A program made the position numbers and the translations under genes. Below the pieces are notes generated by a model. It saw only the letters and a list, made by a program, of their open reading frames with translations. It was not told the origin of the DNA and did no database searches. DNA of 64,000 bases from Candidatus Methanoperedenaceae archaeon (GTDB lineage: Archaea > Halobacteriota > Methanosarcinia > Methanosarcinales > Methanoperedenaceae): contig CAVWCX010000024.1 of assembly GCA_963753595.1 (NCBI GenBank), positions 96,001-160,000 on the forward strand, in the 5' to 3' direction. Positions 40,060 through 50,259 of the stretch are shown here, piece after piece (the stretch's first letter is position 1; the number at the start of each line of letters is the position of its first letter).

Positions 40060-41295
40060 TTATACTCCTTTGTAGGGTAAAGAATCTACTAATTCCTTAA
40101 CAAATTTACCATTTAACAGTGCTTTTTCTTTTATAAAAGGAATTTTTATTTTCAATTCTGCTGTAATTTCGTCCCTTGATTTCCAAGCTTCTTTAATGGT
40201 GGAAAATAATTTATCAGAATTCAATTCATCGACACCTATTATATATTTTTCCTGTCCCAACATCTCTCCTATGATTCCATACATTTTATGACTATATGCA
40301 ATCCCTATTGTTGGTACCATCATCGAAGTCGAGGCGATTGTAGAATGCATTCTTGCGCCAATAAATAAATCACATAATCCTATTATACCTTTCAATTCAC
40401 TTGCCGAATATTCATTTGCTATTCTATATATCTTTGTTTTATTTCTGATTTTATTATATATAGCATTCAGCACATTTTTGTCACTTACACCTATTGAATA
40501 TACGTGTGGGATAAGAATTACACTTGCATCTAAATATTTGGATATATCATCAATTACTTCTGCAAATATTGTGATAATTTCATTTTCGTTGGATTTTGAT
40601 TCACTTTTTCTATACTTACTAATTAAGCCACTTGCATTTATTCCAATAAGTGGTCTCTTTATATCGCCGATCTTTTCTCTAGATAATATATCTAAAACAA
40701 CGTTTATTGGAACAGGATTTAAATTAAAGGCTGAATCTGCGGTGAGATATACTTTTGGTTTTTTCACACCTTGATTATCTAAATATTTCTTAGATAAACT
40801 TTCCCTAACTGTTATTACTTTTGTATTATTCAAGACACTTTTCGCAATAAAATTGAAAATCGGATTACTATAATAACCTAGACTTTCCCCATAGAGAACT
40901 ACAGGTTTATCCAGCAAAATAGCATAGGATATATTTAACAGACTACTTAATCCAAAATTCTCCCCACTTAAATGATCTCCACCACTATTTATTACCACAT
41001 CGGTTATATAATAATCATACAATTTTGAATTTTTAGATATTGAAAAATTCAACCCAATTTTTTTAAAAAGGTGTACGAAGGAAGAATGCAATAAATACAA
41101 CCAAGGGTATGGATTTTGTAGTACATTAAAAGCTAATTGTTTCTTAATTGGAATTTTGTTTTGATTGGTCTCAAGACCCATGAAAGTAAATTCAGCATCG
41201 GGAATATATTTCTTAATTGTGTCCGTTGTTGACATTATCAAAGCTTGACTACCTTTATTTGAAACTCCCACATGTAATAAGAGTATTTTTGTCAT
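40060..41295 (-). CDS. Polysaccharide pyruvyltransferase family (WcaK-like)
   Basis: NKG..A, SGGD, G.SLG, ITVRE..S, TADSAF, IGARMHSTI.S, AYSHK. Confidence 0.9.
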   Translation of the reverse strand: MTKILLLHVGVSNKGSQALIMSTTDTIKKYIPDAEFTFMGLETNQNKIPIKKQLAFNVLQNPYPWLYLLHSSFVHLFKKIGLNFSISKNSKLYDYYITDVVINSGGDHLSGENFGLSSLLNISYAILLDKPVVLYGESLGYYSNPIFNFIAKSVLNNTKVITVRESLSKKYLDNQGVKKPKVYLTADSAFNLNPVPINVVLDILSREKIGDIKRPLIGINASGLISKYRKSESKSNENEIITIFAEVIDDISKYLDASVILIPHVYSIGVSDKNVLNAIYNKIRNKTKIYRIANEYSASELKGIIGLCDLFIGARMHSTIASTSMMVPTIGIAYSHKMYGIIGEMLGQEKYIIGVDELNSDKLFSTIKEAWKSRDEITAELKIKIPFIKEKALLNGKFVKELVDSLPYKGV

Positions 41296-41362
41296 GATCT
41301 TCTCTCCTTTTATCAGGACTATGTGATGATTTGTAAAATTGGTGTTCTTAAATTTTCGTTAA

Positions 41363-42700
41363 TTATTTATAAATTCGGTACTTTTCCGGTAGTTTCTTAA
41401 AATACTTTTTTGTTAATATTCCCAATACAATACCATAGGGCATATTATATATTTGAATGAATTTAGTAGGAATATTAGCCAACAAACTTTTCACTATAAC
41501 TTTTGAAGACATATATGAATTAAGACACATGTATATTGCAAGTATGTTATCAAGTATATCCGATTTAATTTTATTATTATTATTATTGTAATTTAAAAAC
41601 ATTTTATAGACTTTTCTCCTTGAACTAACATTTTTCTTTTTAAGGTAGAGCATTCCTGATTGTGAATCAATAACTTTTTCCAAATCGATTTCAGTTAATT
41701 TTAATTCATTGCTAGAAGTCATCATTTTTAATAAATTATCGGCACATATATTTCTTGTAATACATATTGATGTACCTTTATCATCAGATGAAAATTCTTT
41801 TAGCCATGCATCTCCACAAGACAAATCTGCAAATTCACACATTCCATCGCTGCAAACTAAACAATGTTTTGGAAAAAAAAAGTGAGAGCCAATGAACCGC
41901 CAAGATTCAGATTGTGGTATCATTTTGTTTTGTTTTGATGTAGTTATCTCCATGAATCCGGGCCATCCTCCCCCCCTATATTTAAATTGAATAATGTCTT
42001 TTTTTTTAATATTGTGTCGTTGTAAAAATATATGTGTTGCCCACAAGTTAGGAGTATGGTTACAAAATATTCCAATATGTAATACAATTTTGTTCTTCAG
42101 TTCTTTATTAAATATTTCGGCTTTCCTTATTCCATTAATATGACACGGAAGTCCTACGACTGCAAATTTTTCATCTGTATTTGATTCTATAATATACTTT
42201 AATGCAATATTTGTAGGAACGGGACAATATTTTGATTGTGCTGCTTCAATGATTTCTTCTTTTGTTCTTGCAATAAAGGGTTCTGGCTCCAAAGGCCTAT
42301 CTTTGTTCATCTTGGTAACTAAAGCGCCATTAATTATCCTTTTTTCTAAAGCAAAAATCAATATTTGTGTAATTAAACCACCAGAAGATGATTTGGTACG
42401 TATATCAATATCTTCTGAAAACCCTGCATAGGAATGCAAAAAATTTCCTACAAATATATTGTCTGGTTTCTTTCCAAAAATGTCATGATTCATAGAATCA
42501 TAATTCATTTCTTCTCCAGGACATACTTTATAACAAATACCACAATAAATGCATTTTTTTTCATTTAGTTTTGGTATATAAATTCCTTTTGTTTCATCAA
42601 CCATCATTTTTATTGCATTTTCAGGGCACATTGCCGTACAGGTCCCACAACCAGTACAAAATTTATTATCCATGACAAATTCGATGGTTTTGTTTCTCAT
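41363..42700 (-). CDS. FrhB/F420-dehydrogenase beta-like Fe-S flavoprotein with N-terminal ferredoxin
   Basis: CTGCGTC...CP, CIYCGIC..VCPG, SSSGG, SKY, VGLPCH, GIFC, YRG.GWPG, C..C.D, AD.S.GDAW. Confidence 0.9.
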   Translation of the reverse strand: MRNKTIEFVMDNKFCTGCGTCTAMCPENAIKMMVDETKGIYIPKLNEKKCIYCGICYKVCPGEEMNYDSMNHDIFGKKPDNIFVGNFLHSYAGFSEDIDIRTKSSSGGLITQILIFALEKRIINGALVTKMNKDRPLEPEPFIARTKEEIIEAAQSKYCPVPTNIALKYIIESNTDEKFAVVGLPCHINGIRKAEIFNKELKNKIVLHIGIFCNHTPNLWATHIFLQRHNIKKKDIIQFKYRGGGWPGFMEITTSKQNKMIPQSESWRFIGSHFFFPKHCLVCSDGMCEFADLSCGDAWLKEFSSDDKGTSICITRNICADNLLKMMTSSNELKLTEIDLEKVIDSQSGMLYLKKKNVSSRRKVYKMFLNYNNNNNKIKSDILDNILAIYMCLNSYMSSKVIVKSLLANIPTKFIQIYNMPYGIVLGILTKKYFKKLPEKYRIYK

Positions 42701-42879
42701 CTTTTATATCCATTTAATACATTCGTTTTTGGTTATTCCCCCATCCAATCCCATTAAACACATACCCCTAGCAAATGAACCGTCGTTTATCCACAACATT
42801 TCTCTCACTATCAATAACTGGATGCTTCTGTTCATTCGCATCAAGCCCCGAATACTCATTAAGTTCCAACATCGACAGC

Positions 42880-43063
42880 CTCCACGATCAACTCCGCCGC
42901 AGATATCGCCTGAGACAAGCCCCTTGTCCTGTGCTGGCATGGTGCAGGCTATCACTATCCAGAAAAGGAAACCAAAGAACGCTGCGAAGGCGGAGTTAAG
43001 CATCAGCACCAGAGAGTTGCGATATAAGAGGTCGGTGAATAGAGATATGAATTTTGTTATCAT
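42880..43063 (-). pseudogene. 5' remnant of a second flippase-type gene
   Basis: D.LYRNSL.LMLNS....FFGFLFWIV.A is a typical flippase N-terminus; it then degenerates. Confidence 0.6.
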
Positions 43064-43225
43064 TAAGGTGACTTATAAACTCCTGATTTGTATTTAAATG
43101 CGTGGGTGTTGTTATGTTTTTTGCTGAGGCGCTATGATTCTGTAATTATACACAATAAGTGAATTTTTTTTGATTAACCCTTATATTCTGAGACCCTAAT
43201 GTGACAAAAAGGCTGTGGGACAAAA

Positions 43226-44214
43226 TTAACCGGGGTACAGGTTCATCAAATTATGCCAGACACCCATTACATGTTAAGGCTGTGTTTATACGATCATCTC
43301 TTTTTTGTCCCACTTTCCATCCAAACATTCTTTTATCCGCCGAAAATCCAGATTCAGAATTGTTTCGCAAAAAATATTGTCTAAGATATGTCATTGTTTC
43401 ATTCACAAACTCTTCCATTGTATCCTTCCATTTCCATGAACCATTCAATGTTGCATTTTTTCTCGGAATGACATAGACTTTTGCTTTCCCGAATCGATCT
43501 ACATACGACGAGAAGCTATAATATTTATCAAGCCTCAAACTACCGATTTCGATGTCAATGTGTTTTAGCATATCCATCGCTTTATCAAAAGCTTCCTTTT
43601 CACTTTTCAAGCTCATTCCAAATGCCACATACATTTTGGACTCAAGATACATCAACTTGAAAGAATAAGCGAAAGCCTTGGTTCCGGAATACTCTTTTGT
43701 TTTATCTTTTTGGATTTGTGTTTCTGAAGCATAATGCTTTTTTATGGATAATGAATATCCCGTTCCATCTCCACATGCATTAATTTTCTTTATTCCTTTC
43801 TCCTTCATAATCAATATGTTGTAGATTGTGAATTGCCAATGATACATCATAATTTGAATATAATCTTTCCACTTTTTTATAATTGACATTGATTCCTGAA
43901 AGTAGAGAAAATAAATCAAGCATTGAAGCCATACTTCTGTTGCTTTTTCCAATCAATTCCTTGATTAATAGGATTGTTACGCTCTGTTTAATATCAAGGT
44001 CTGGCGGTCTTCCAGGACCTCTATGGATTTCTATATTTGTTGCTTCATTTATTAGAGGCTCAAGGTTGCAGATTGCTCCTTTGACCCGTTTCATTAATTG
44101 CTGTTCATATGTTCGCCAATCTCGTTTCTCTATTTGATTGCTTTCTTTGTATTTCTTGAGGAGATAATCATCTATGTCTTTTAGTCTGTCCCGAATGTCT
44201 TCACTTCCCATCAT
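43226..44214 (-). pseudogene. ISNCY transposase with two frameshifts
   Basis: Colinear with the intact 47522-48508 transposase but broken near 43810 and 43260. Confidence 0.85.
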
Positions 44215-44267
44215 AATCTTATTTAGAATGCAAAGGCATATATAGATATCTATAAATATCTACTAAT

Positions 44268-44441
44268 ATGGCAAGAAATATTGAACTTAAAAAAGGGGAA
44301 CTGACTTTGAAAGATGGCGAAATAGATGGTTTTCTGGAAAGGGTTGTTACATCATTTGGAACTTCAGCAAAGGCGGATGTTCCGAAAAAATATATTGGAA
44401 GGCGTGTTTACGTGATAATTACTAAAAGTATTGAAGAATGA
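44268..44441 (+). CDS. DUF2080 transposon-associated small protein
   Basis: Manual translation MARNIELKKG...ERVVTSFGTSAKADVPKKYIGRRVYVII; below the ORF-track cutoff. Confidence 0.8.
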   Translation: MARNIELKKGELTLKDGEIDGFLERVVTSFGTSAKADVPKKYIGRRVYVIITKSIEE

Positions 44442-44654
44442 ATTATAAACTATTTCTGTCCCACAGCCTGACAAAACAAAATTAATTATATCAAGACATT
44501 CTAAGAAACGAAGTCAACTTGTTGTGGAATTTTATCAACGATTATTTATTCATAGTGTGAATTTACCCCAAGAAATTGGTGGATATTAAGTTTTAGTGAA
44601 CATAGCTGTTCCATGACATTATCCATTTTCGGGGTTAATCTCTTCTCTGATTTT

Positions 44655-45458
44655 TTAAATTTTCTTATTTTGCTTAAAGGGGATACGCGACTTGACCAAA
44701 CATAAATGTTCTCCGTAACCAAAAATTTTTCGAACCAAATAATAAGGAACTAGCTTGACATCAACCAAGATTCGCCCTAGCTTTTTTATTGTCAGTTTCG
44801 ATGACTCTTCTGGAATAAGGATATCCCTACCAACTGAAGGTACAATTGATAAAACAAATCGTTCATTAACAATCTCAAAACCACTTCTTTCCAATAATTC
44901 ATGAGATGTTTTTGGGGTAAAAAAATTAATATGCCCATCTGTATGATCATTACCTTGTTTTATAGGTGGTTTCCCTCCGAACCAATCACCTCCAGTTTCA
45001 AGTGGTGTTTTTATCAATGCAAATTTAGTACGATGTGCAACTAATGATAAGAATTGTTTAGGATCGGGTATGTGCTCAATAACATCAAACATAGTTATTA
45101 AATCGAAAATCTTCGGAGTTCCATTCCATAAGCAGAAATCCTCTTGAATAAAATCTATATATGGAAATAACTGTTTTCCGATTGATATGAAATCAGATGA
45201 TATCTCAAAAACTTTTGTGTCAGGATAATCTTCTTGGGATTTAGATATATGAAATGCCATAGAATTAGCGCCAAATCCAAAGCATCCGCCAATATCTGCA
45301 TAAGTTTGGATACTTCCCAAAGAGGATATAATACTTTGACCATAAAGTTTCCATAAAACCGTACTTTTATATTGTGCTCTTGTAGTATATCCAGGCCTTA
45401 AGATTACTCTAGAAGGATAAGAAGAATAATACTCTTTTGGATCAAATCTTTGTGTCAT
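44655..45458 (-). CDS. Class I SAM-dependent methyltransferase
   Basis: DIGGCFG motif I, FDLITMFDVIEHIPDP, GHINFF. Confidence 0.88.
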   Translation of the reverse strand: MTQRFDPKEYYSSYPSRVILRPGYTTRAQYKSTVLWKLYGQSIISSLGSIQTYADIGGCFGFGANSMAFHISKSQEDYPDTKVFEISSDFISIGKQLFPYIDFIQEDFCLWNGTPKIFDLITMFDVIEHIPDPKQFLSLVAHRTKFALIKTPLETGGDWFGGKPPIKQGNDHTDGHINFFTPKTSHELLERSGFEIVNERFVLSIVPSVGRDILIPEESSKLTIKKLGRILVDVKLVPYYLVRKIFGYGEHLCLVKSRIPFKQNKKI

Positions 45459-45653
45459 AAATTGTTACCTCGTTGTTCTTTTTATATACTGTAATTTTTG
45501 TAACAAATTTTAGCATATTTTCATGAAGTTTATCATCAACTTTCCAATCATTATAAATTCTATCTGGCTTCAAATAGACAAAGTATAACATTAATTATAA
45601 ACTTTGTATCTATACGTTGAAGGATTATATATGACTTGAGCCTCAGGCGGCTG

Positions 45654-46698
45654 TGTATCTTTTCCTGAAATAATTTCCTCATTCTTAACTTCTTTTACCT
45701 TTTATACAGTTTTCATAAAATTCACCAATCAAACATCTTAAAAGCAAAACCGAGCCAGACCTCTGGGTGCATCTTCCGTATGAATGCCTGATTTGGCGTT
45801 TCTGCCCGTCTTAAATTCAAAGATCCGTGAGGGCGATTATTGTACCACTCGATCATTTTATCCAGACTTTCAAATCTTGCCCTATGGTTCTTGTAAAAAT
45901 CGTGAAACTTCTCCTGTTTTCCATTAGTTTGCGGATGATTTACACCGCATAAGATCTGCTTGATACCCTTCTCCTTAAGAAAAATTTCAAATCCATGATC
46001 TGCATAATCATTTTTGTCTCGTCTGTTGGCGCAGAATTGCGATCCATGGTCTGATATTATGGACATAATCGGATACAGATGAGTAGTTTTTTCAATAGCT
46101 TCATTCAGGACTTTCAAAGAGTTCTCTTCAGTAGCGTTGTCAAATTCTCCTGCAGACAGGAGTTTTCGAGATGCATCATCCACGATAGAACACAACTGCT
46201 TTCCATTGACCTTACTTAGGTGCCAATCAATATGAACGGCTGATAGTGAATGTTTCCGTTCATATCGTATCCAGGGTTTTCTTCGTTTTTGCATGCTTTC
46301 TTGTTCCTTTGCAAATCCGAATTCGAGCATTACTTTATGTATTGTATTGTGAGGTATTCTTATTTTGCATCTTGAATAAATTGTTTTTTCCTGATACAAC
46401 GCATTCAGTCTGAACATTTCATATTCCTGCTTGATGAGTTCTTTCCATTTTTTCGGAATATCCTTCTTTGGTCGCCCAAGGCCGACCCCTATTACAGGAA
46501 TTTCACCAGTTGATTTGTATATCTCATGGATTTGCCTGAAACGTCTTGGCGTAATGCCGAGAGCCTTGGCCGCCGATTTTTGAGAAGAGTTTCCTAAGTC
46601 ATAATCTTTCAAATAAAATTTAAGTTTTCGCCTGTTATTGATTTTTACCACATATCTACATTTATTTAGAATGAGGAAATTTTTTTGGGAAAAGATAC
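45654..46698. mobile_element. IS481-family element
   Basis: TIRs tgtatcttttcctgaaataatttcctcattct / agaatgaggaaatttttttgggaaaagatac enclose the transposase. Confidence 0.85.
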
Positions 46699-46723
46699 CT
46701 AATGCTATCGATTTGTATATCAA
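45722..46723 (-). CDS. IS481-family (rve integrase core) transposase
   Basis: RYER.H.....HIDW, DDASR, SDHGSQF, HPQTNGKQE, WYN..RPH.SL...TP. The true start lies inside the TIRs, probably near 46650. Confidence 0.88.
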   Translation of the reverse strand: MIYKSIALGIFSQKNFLILNKCRYVVKINNRRKLKFYLKDYDLGNSSQKSAAKALGITPRRFRQIHEIYKSTGEIPVIGVGLGRPKKDIPKKWKELIKQEYEMFRLNALYQEKTIYSRCKIRIPHNTIHKVMLEFGFAKEQESMQKRRKPWIRYERKHSLSAVHIDWHLSKVNGKQLCSIVDDASRKLLSAGEFDNATEENSLKVLNEAIEKTTHLYPIMSIISDHGSQFCANRRDKNDYADHGFEIFLKEKGIKQILCGVNHPQTNGKQEKFHDFYKNHRARFESLDKMIEWYNNRPHGSLNLRRAETPNQAFIRKMHPEVWLGFAFKMFDW

Positions 46724-47378
46724 TCTTCTTTATCATTTCCATAGCTCTATTGAAAGCTTCTTTTTCACTCTTTAAACTCATTCCAAATGCTACATACATC
46801 TTTGATTTGAGGTCGAGTAACTTGAAAGAATAAACAAAAGCCTTAGTTCCAGAATACTCTTTTGCTTTATCCTTTCGTATTTGAGTCTCAGAAGCATAAT
46901 GCTTTTTTATCGTCAATGAATAACCAGTTCCATCTCCACATGCATCAATATTCTTAACTCCTTTTTCCCTTAAAATGAGTATGTGAAGATTATGAATTGC
47001 CATTTCAACGTCATGATTAGAATACAATCTTTCTACAGTCTTATAGCTGACATCAATTCCGGAAAGGAGGGAAAATAAACCAAGCATAGAAGCCATCATT
47101 CTGTTGCTTTCTCCTAATAGTTCTTTCAATAAAAGGATAATAACTCTCTGTTTTAGTTTTAAATCTGGAGGTCTTCCTGGGCCTCTATGAATTTCAATAT
47201 TTACTGATTGATCTATCAATGGTTCAAGATTACGGATTGCTCCTTTGATCCGTTTCATCAATTGCTGTTCATAAGTCCGCCAATCTCGTTTCTTCTCTAC
47301 CTTTCTATCCTTGTATTGCTTTAGTAGAAAATCATCTATGTCCTTTATCCTGTCTCTGATATCATCACTTTTTAGCAT
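46699..47378 (-). pseudogene. Transposase of the outer element, 3'-truncated by IS481
   Basis: Near-identical to 47522-48508 up to IDSIR, then reads into the IS481 end. Confidence 0.88.
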
Positions 47379-47521
47379 AACCCTATAATGTACCGCAAAG
47401 TATTTAAGTATTTACATGTATATACTACAATATGAGGGAAATCAAAGCGGTTTCAGGCGGAAAAGTGATAATTAAAGATAATGTTGAAGAGATTTATGAG
47501 AAAAAAGGCTGTGGGACAGAA

Positions 47522-48508
47522 TTAACCTGGGTACAGGTTCATGAGATTATGCCAGACCCCTGTGCAATTCAATGCGGTATCAATCCTATCATCCCTTTTT
47601 TGTCCTACTCTCCATCCAAACATTCTTTTATCTGCTGAAAACCCTGATTCAGAATTGTTTCTACGAAAATACTGTCCAAGATATGAGAACGTATTATTTA
47701 CAAAATCTTCCATCGTATCCTTCCATTTCCACGAACCTCTTAATGTGGCATTTTTTCTTGGAATGACATAGACTTTCGCTTCTCCAAATTTATCGACATA
47801 AGAGGAAAAACTATAATATTTATCAAGCCTAATGCTATCGATTTGTATATCAATCTTCTTTATCATTTCCATAGCTCTATCGAAAGCTTCTTTTTCACTC
47901 TTTAAACTCATTCCAAATGCTACATACATCTTTGATTTGAGGTCGAGTAACTTGAAAGAATAAACAAAAGCCTTAGTTCCAGAATATTCTTTTGCTTTAT
48001 CTTTTCGTATTTGAGTCTCAGAAGCATAATGTTTTTTTATCGTCAATGAATAACCAGTTCCATCTCCGCATGCATCAATATTCTTTACTCCTTTTTCCCT
48101 TAAAATGAGAATGTGAAGATTATGAATTGCCATTTCAACGTCATGATTCGAATACAATCTTTCTACAGTTTTATAACCGACATCAATTCCTGAAAGGAGA
48201 GAAAATAAACCAAGCATAGAAGCCATCATTCTGTTGCTTTCTCCTAATAGTTCTTTCAATAAAAGTATAATAACTCTCTGTTTAAGTTCTAACTCTGGAG
48301 GTCTTCCTTGGCCTCTATGAATTTCAATATTTATTGATTGATCTATCAATGGTTCAAGATTACGGATTGCTCCTTTGATCCGTTTCATCAATTGCTGTTC
48401 ATAAGTCCGCCAATCTCGTTTCTTCTCTACCTTTCTATCCTTGTATTGTTTTAATAGAAAATCATCTATGTCCTTTATCCTGTCTCTAATATCATCACTT
48501 TTTAGCAT
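47522..48508 (-). CDS. ISNCY (ISA1214-like) DDE transposase, intact
   Basis: SYKTVERLYS-type motif, D.TGY, LDKYYS, R.N.ESGFS.DKR.FG. Confidence 0.9.
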   Translation of the reverse strand: MLKSDDIRDRIKDIDDFLLKQYKDRKVEKKRDWRTYEQQLMKRIKGAIRNLEPLIDQSINIEIHRGQGRPPELELKQRVIILLLKELLGESNRMMASMLGLFSLLSGIDVGYKTVERLYSNHDVEMAIHNLHILILREKGVKNIDACGDGTGYSLTIKKHYASETQIRKDKAKEYSGTKAFVYSFKLLDLKSKMYVAFGMSLKSEKEAFDRAMEMIKKIDIQIDSIRLDKYYSFSSYVDKFGEAKVYVIPRKNATLRGSWKWKDTMEDFVNNTFSYLGQYFRRNNSESGFSADKRMFGWRVGQKRDDRIDTALNCTGVWHNLMNLYPG

Positions 48509-48561
48509 AACCCCCCAATGTACCGCAAAGTATATAAGTGTTTACATGTATATACTATAAC

Positions 48562-48723
48562 ATGAGAGAAGTTAAAGCTGTTTCAGGTGGAAAAGTGATA
48601 ATTAAAGATAATGTTGAAGAGATTTATGAGAAAAAAGTTACACCTTATGGAAATGGTGCCAAGATAGATGCACAAAAAAAGGACATTGGTAAAAGAGTCT
48701 TTGTTATTGTTCTAAAGGACTGA
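48562..48723 (+). CDS. DUF2080 transposon-associated small protein
   Basis: MREVKAVSGG...EKKVTPYGNGAKIDA.K..IGKRVFVIV; divergent from the transposase. Confidence 0.85.
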   Translation: MREVKAVSGGKVIIKDNVEEIYEKKVTPYGNGAKIDAQKKDIGKRVFVIVLKD

Positions 48724-49009
48724 TTGTTCAAATGGGAGGGGTATCTTTCAATTTTGTCCCACAGCCGAGAAAAAAGTTACACCTTATGGAAATGGTGCCA
48801 AGATAGATGCTCAAAAAAAGGACATAGGTAAAAGAGTTTTTGTTATTGTTCTAAAGGACTGATGGTTCAAATGTGGGGTGTGTCTTTCTATTTTGTCCCA
48901 CAGCCGCCTCAGGCAAATTTGATGAAACAATCTCAAAAATCTCAAATAGATAATCTCCTAACTCCTATTCCGAAAAAATATCCGGACTCTACAAGTTGCA
49001 CTTCTTCAC

Positions 49010-50074
49010 CTAAAACTCACGCCTTAAAACATCCAAAATCCTTTCGCTTGCACTGGAGTTGCCGAAGATATTCCTCTGTGTTCCCATCGGTGCCAAATCA
49101 GATATTGCCTTGATGATTTCGCCTTTATCCGCCCCTACCAGCACATTCCACCCTCTCTCCAGCGTCTCCACCCATTCAGTATTCTCCCTCAACGTAATGC
49201 ACGGCACTCCCAGCATGTAAGCTTCCTTCTGGATGCCTCCAGAATCAGTCAGTATCTTCCTGGCATTAGCCATCAGCATAAGCATATCCAGATATCCCAG
49301 GGGCTTGATCAACTTCACATTTCCAGGCATCCTCTCTATCAATCCATATTCATGCAAAAACTTCTCAGTCCTTGGATGCACAGGGAACACCACAGACATG
49401 CCTGAATCGGACAGCGCCTCAATGATGCTTCTCATATTGTCAATTCTATCGGTATTGCCCGGACGGTGCACCGTGGTCACGAGATACTTCTGTTTCTCAA
49501 GCCCCAGTTCCTCGATAATCCTGGATTTTTTCCTCGACAATTTTAGATTATATTCAAGCGCATCCAGCATAACATCGCCCACAAGATACACGCCCTGCGT
49601 GATCCCTTCCTTAGCGAGGTTATCAACTGCGGTCTGAGTGGGACAGAATAAAATATCTGAAATATGATCAGTCAGAACCCTGTTTATCTCTTCTGGCATG
49701 CTCCTGTCAAAGCTGCGCAGTCCTGCTTCCACATGCGCCACCCTGATGCGAAGCTTCACTGCAGCCAGCGCGCCTGCCATTGTGGAATTGGTGTCGCCAT
49801 AGACTAGCATGAGGTCCGGTTTTTCTTTTATTAACACTTTTTCTATTTCAGTGAGCATCTTTCCCGTCTGTTCACCATGGTTGCCTGAGCCTATACCGAG
49901 GTTATAATCCGGTTTCGGGATATTTAGCTCTTCGAAGAATATATCTGACATATCATGGTCGTAGTGCTGTCCGGTATGGACTAAAATTTCCTGATGGGCT
50001 TTGCGCACTTCGCGGGAGAGCGGGGCGCATTTAATGAACTGGGGGCGGGCGCCTATGATTGAGATGATTTTCAT
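49010..50074 (-). CDS. wecB: UDP-N-acetylglucosamine 2-epimerase (non-hydrolysing; WecB/WbpI-like)
   Basis: GARPQFIK, HTGQHYD, YGDTNST, HVEAGLRS, MPEEINR, TDSGGIQKEA. Start set at MKIISI. Confidence 0.95.
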   Translation of the reverse strand: MKIISIIGARPQFIKCAPLSREVRKAHQEILVHTGQHYDHDMSDIFFEELNIPKPDYNLGIGSGNHGEQTGKMLTEIEKVLIKEKPDLMLVYGDTNSTMAGALAAVKLRIRVAHVEAGLRSFDRSMPEEINRVLTDHISDILFCPTQTAVDNLAKEGITQGVYLVGDVMLDALEYNLKLSRKKSRIIEELGLEKQKYLVTTVHRPGNTDRIDNMRSIIEALSDSGMSVVFPVHPRTEKFLHEYGLIERMPGNVKLIKPLGYLDMLMLMANARKILTDSGGIQKEAYMLGVPCITLRENTEWVETLERGWNVLVGADKGEIIKAISDLAPMGTQRNIFGNSSASERILDVLRREF

Positions 50075-50259
50075 TTGTGTATCTGGGTTCTTTTTACTAT
50101 TGGAGGGTATATAAATGTGTTTGTGGGGGTGGAACGATGAGGGAGAGATAAAATTAGCGTGCATCTGAGGCATCATTTTGTGAGGTTATCTGCAGCTAAT
50201 TTAGTTTTAATATACTGTGGCCATAGTATTATTATCAATGTTCATTCGAATTTAAAAAT

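Larger units (their letters stand above)
43211..44468. mobile_element. ISA1214-like (ISNCY) element, copy 1, with frameshifted transposase
   Basis: TIRs ggctgtgggacaaaat / atttctgtcccacagcc; flanks tgacaaaaa / tgacaaaac; divergent transposase and DUF2080 ORFs. Confidence 0.9.
47507..48766. mobile_element. ISA1214-like element, inner intact copy
   Basis: TIRs ggctgtgggacagaatt / aattttgtcccacagcc; 9-bp TSD gagaaaaaa at 47498-47506 and 48767-48775. Confidence 0.93.
47432..48862 (+). pseudogene. DUF2080 gene of the outer element, split by the inner element
   Basis: MREIKAVSGG...IYEKK at 47432-47506 resumes VTPYGNGAKIDAQKKDIGKRVFVIVLKD* after 48775. Confidence 0.88.
45649..48905. mobile_element. 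ISA1214-like element, outer copy, carrying two nested IS insertions
   Basis: 9-bp TSD gcctcaggc at 45640-45648 and 48906-48914; ends ggctgtg... and ...ttttgtcccacagcc. Confidence 0.88.

Noticed and set aside
41363-42700. F420-reducing hydrogenase operon
   Set aside because: No FrhA or FrhG subunits; the context is polysaccharide biosynthesis.
50075-50176. N-terminal extension of wecB
   Set aside because: The family begins at MKIISIIGARPQ; the extension looks non-coding.
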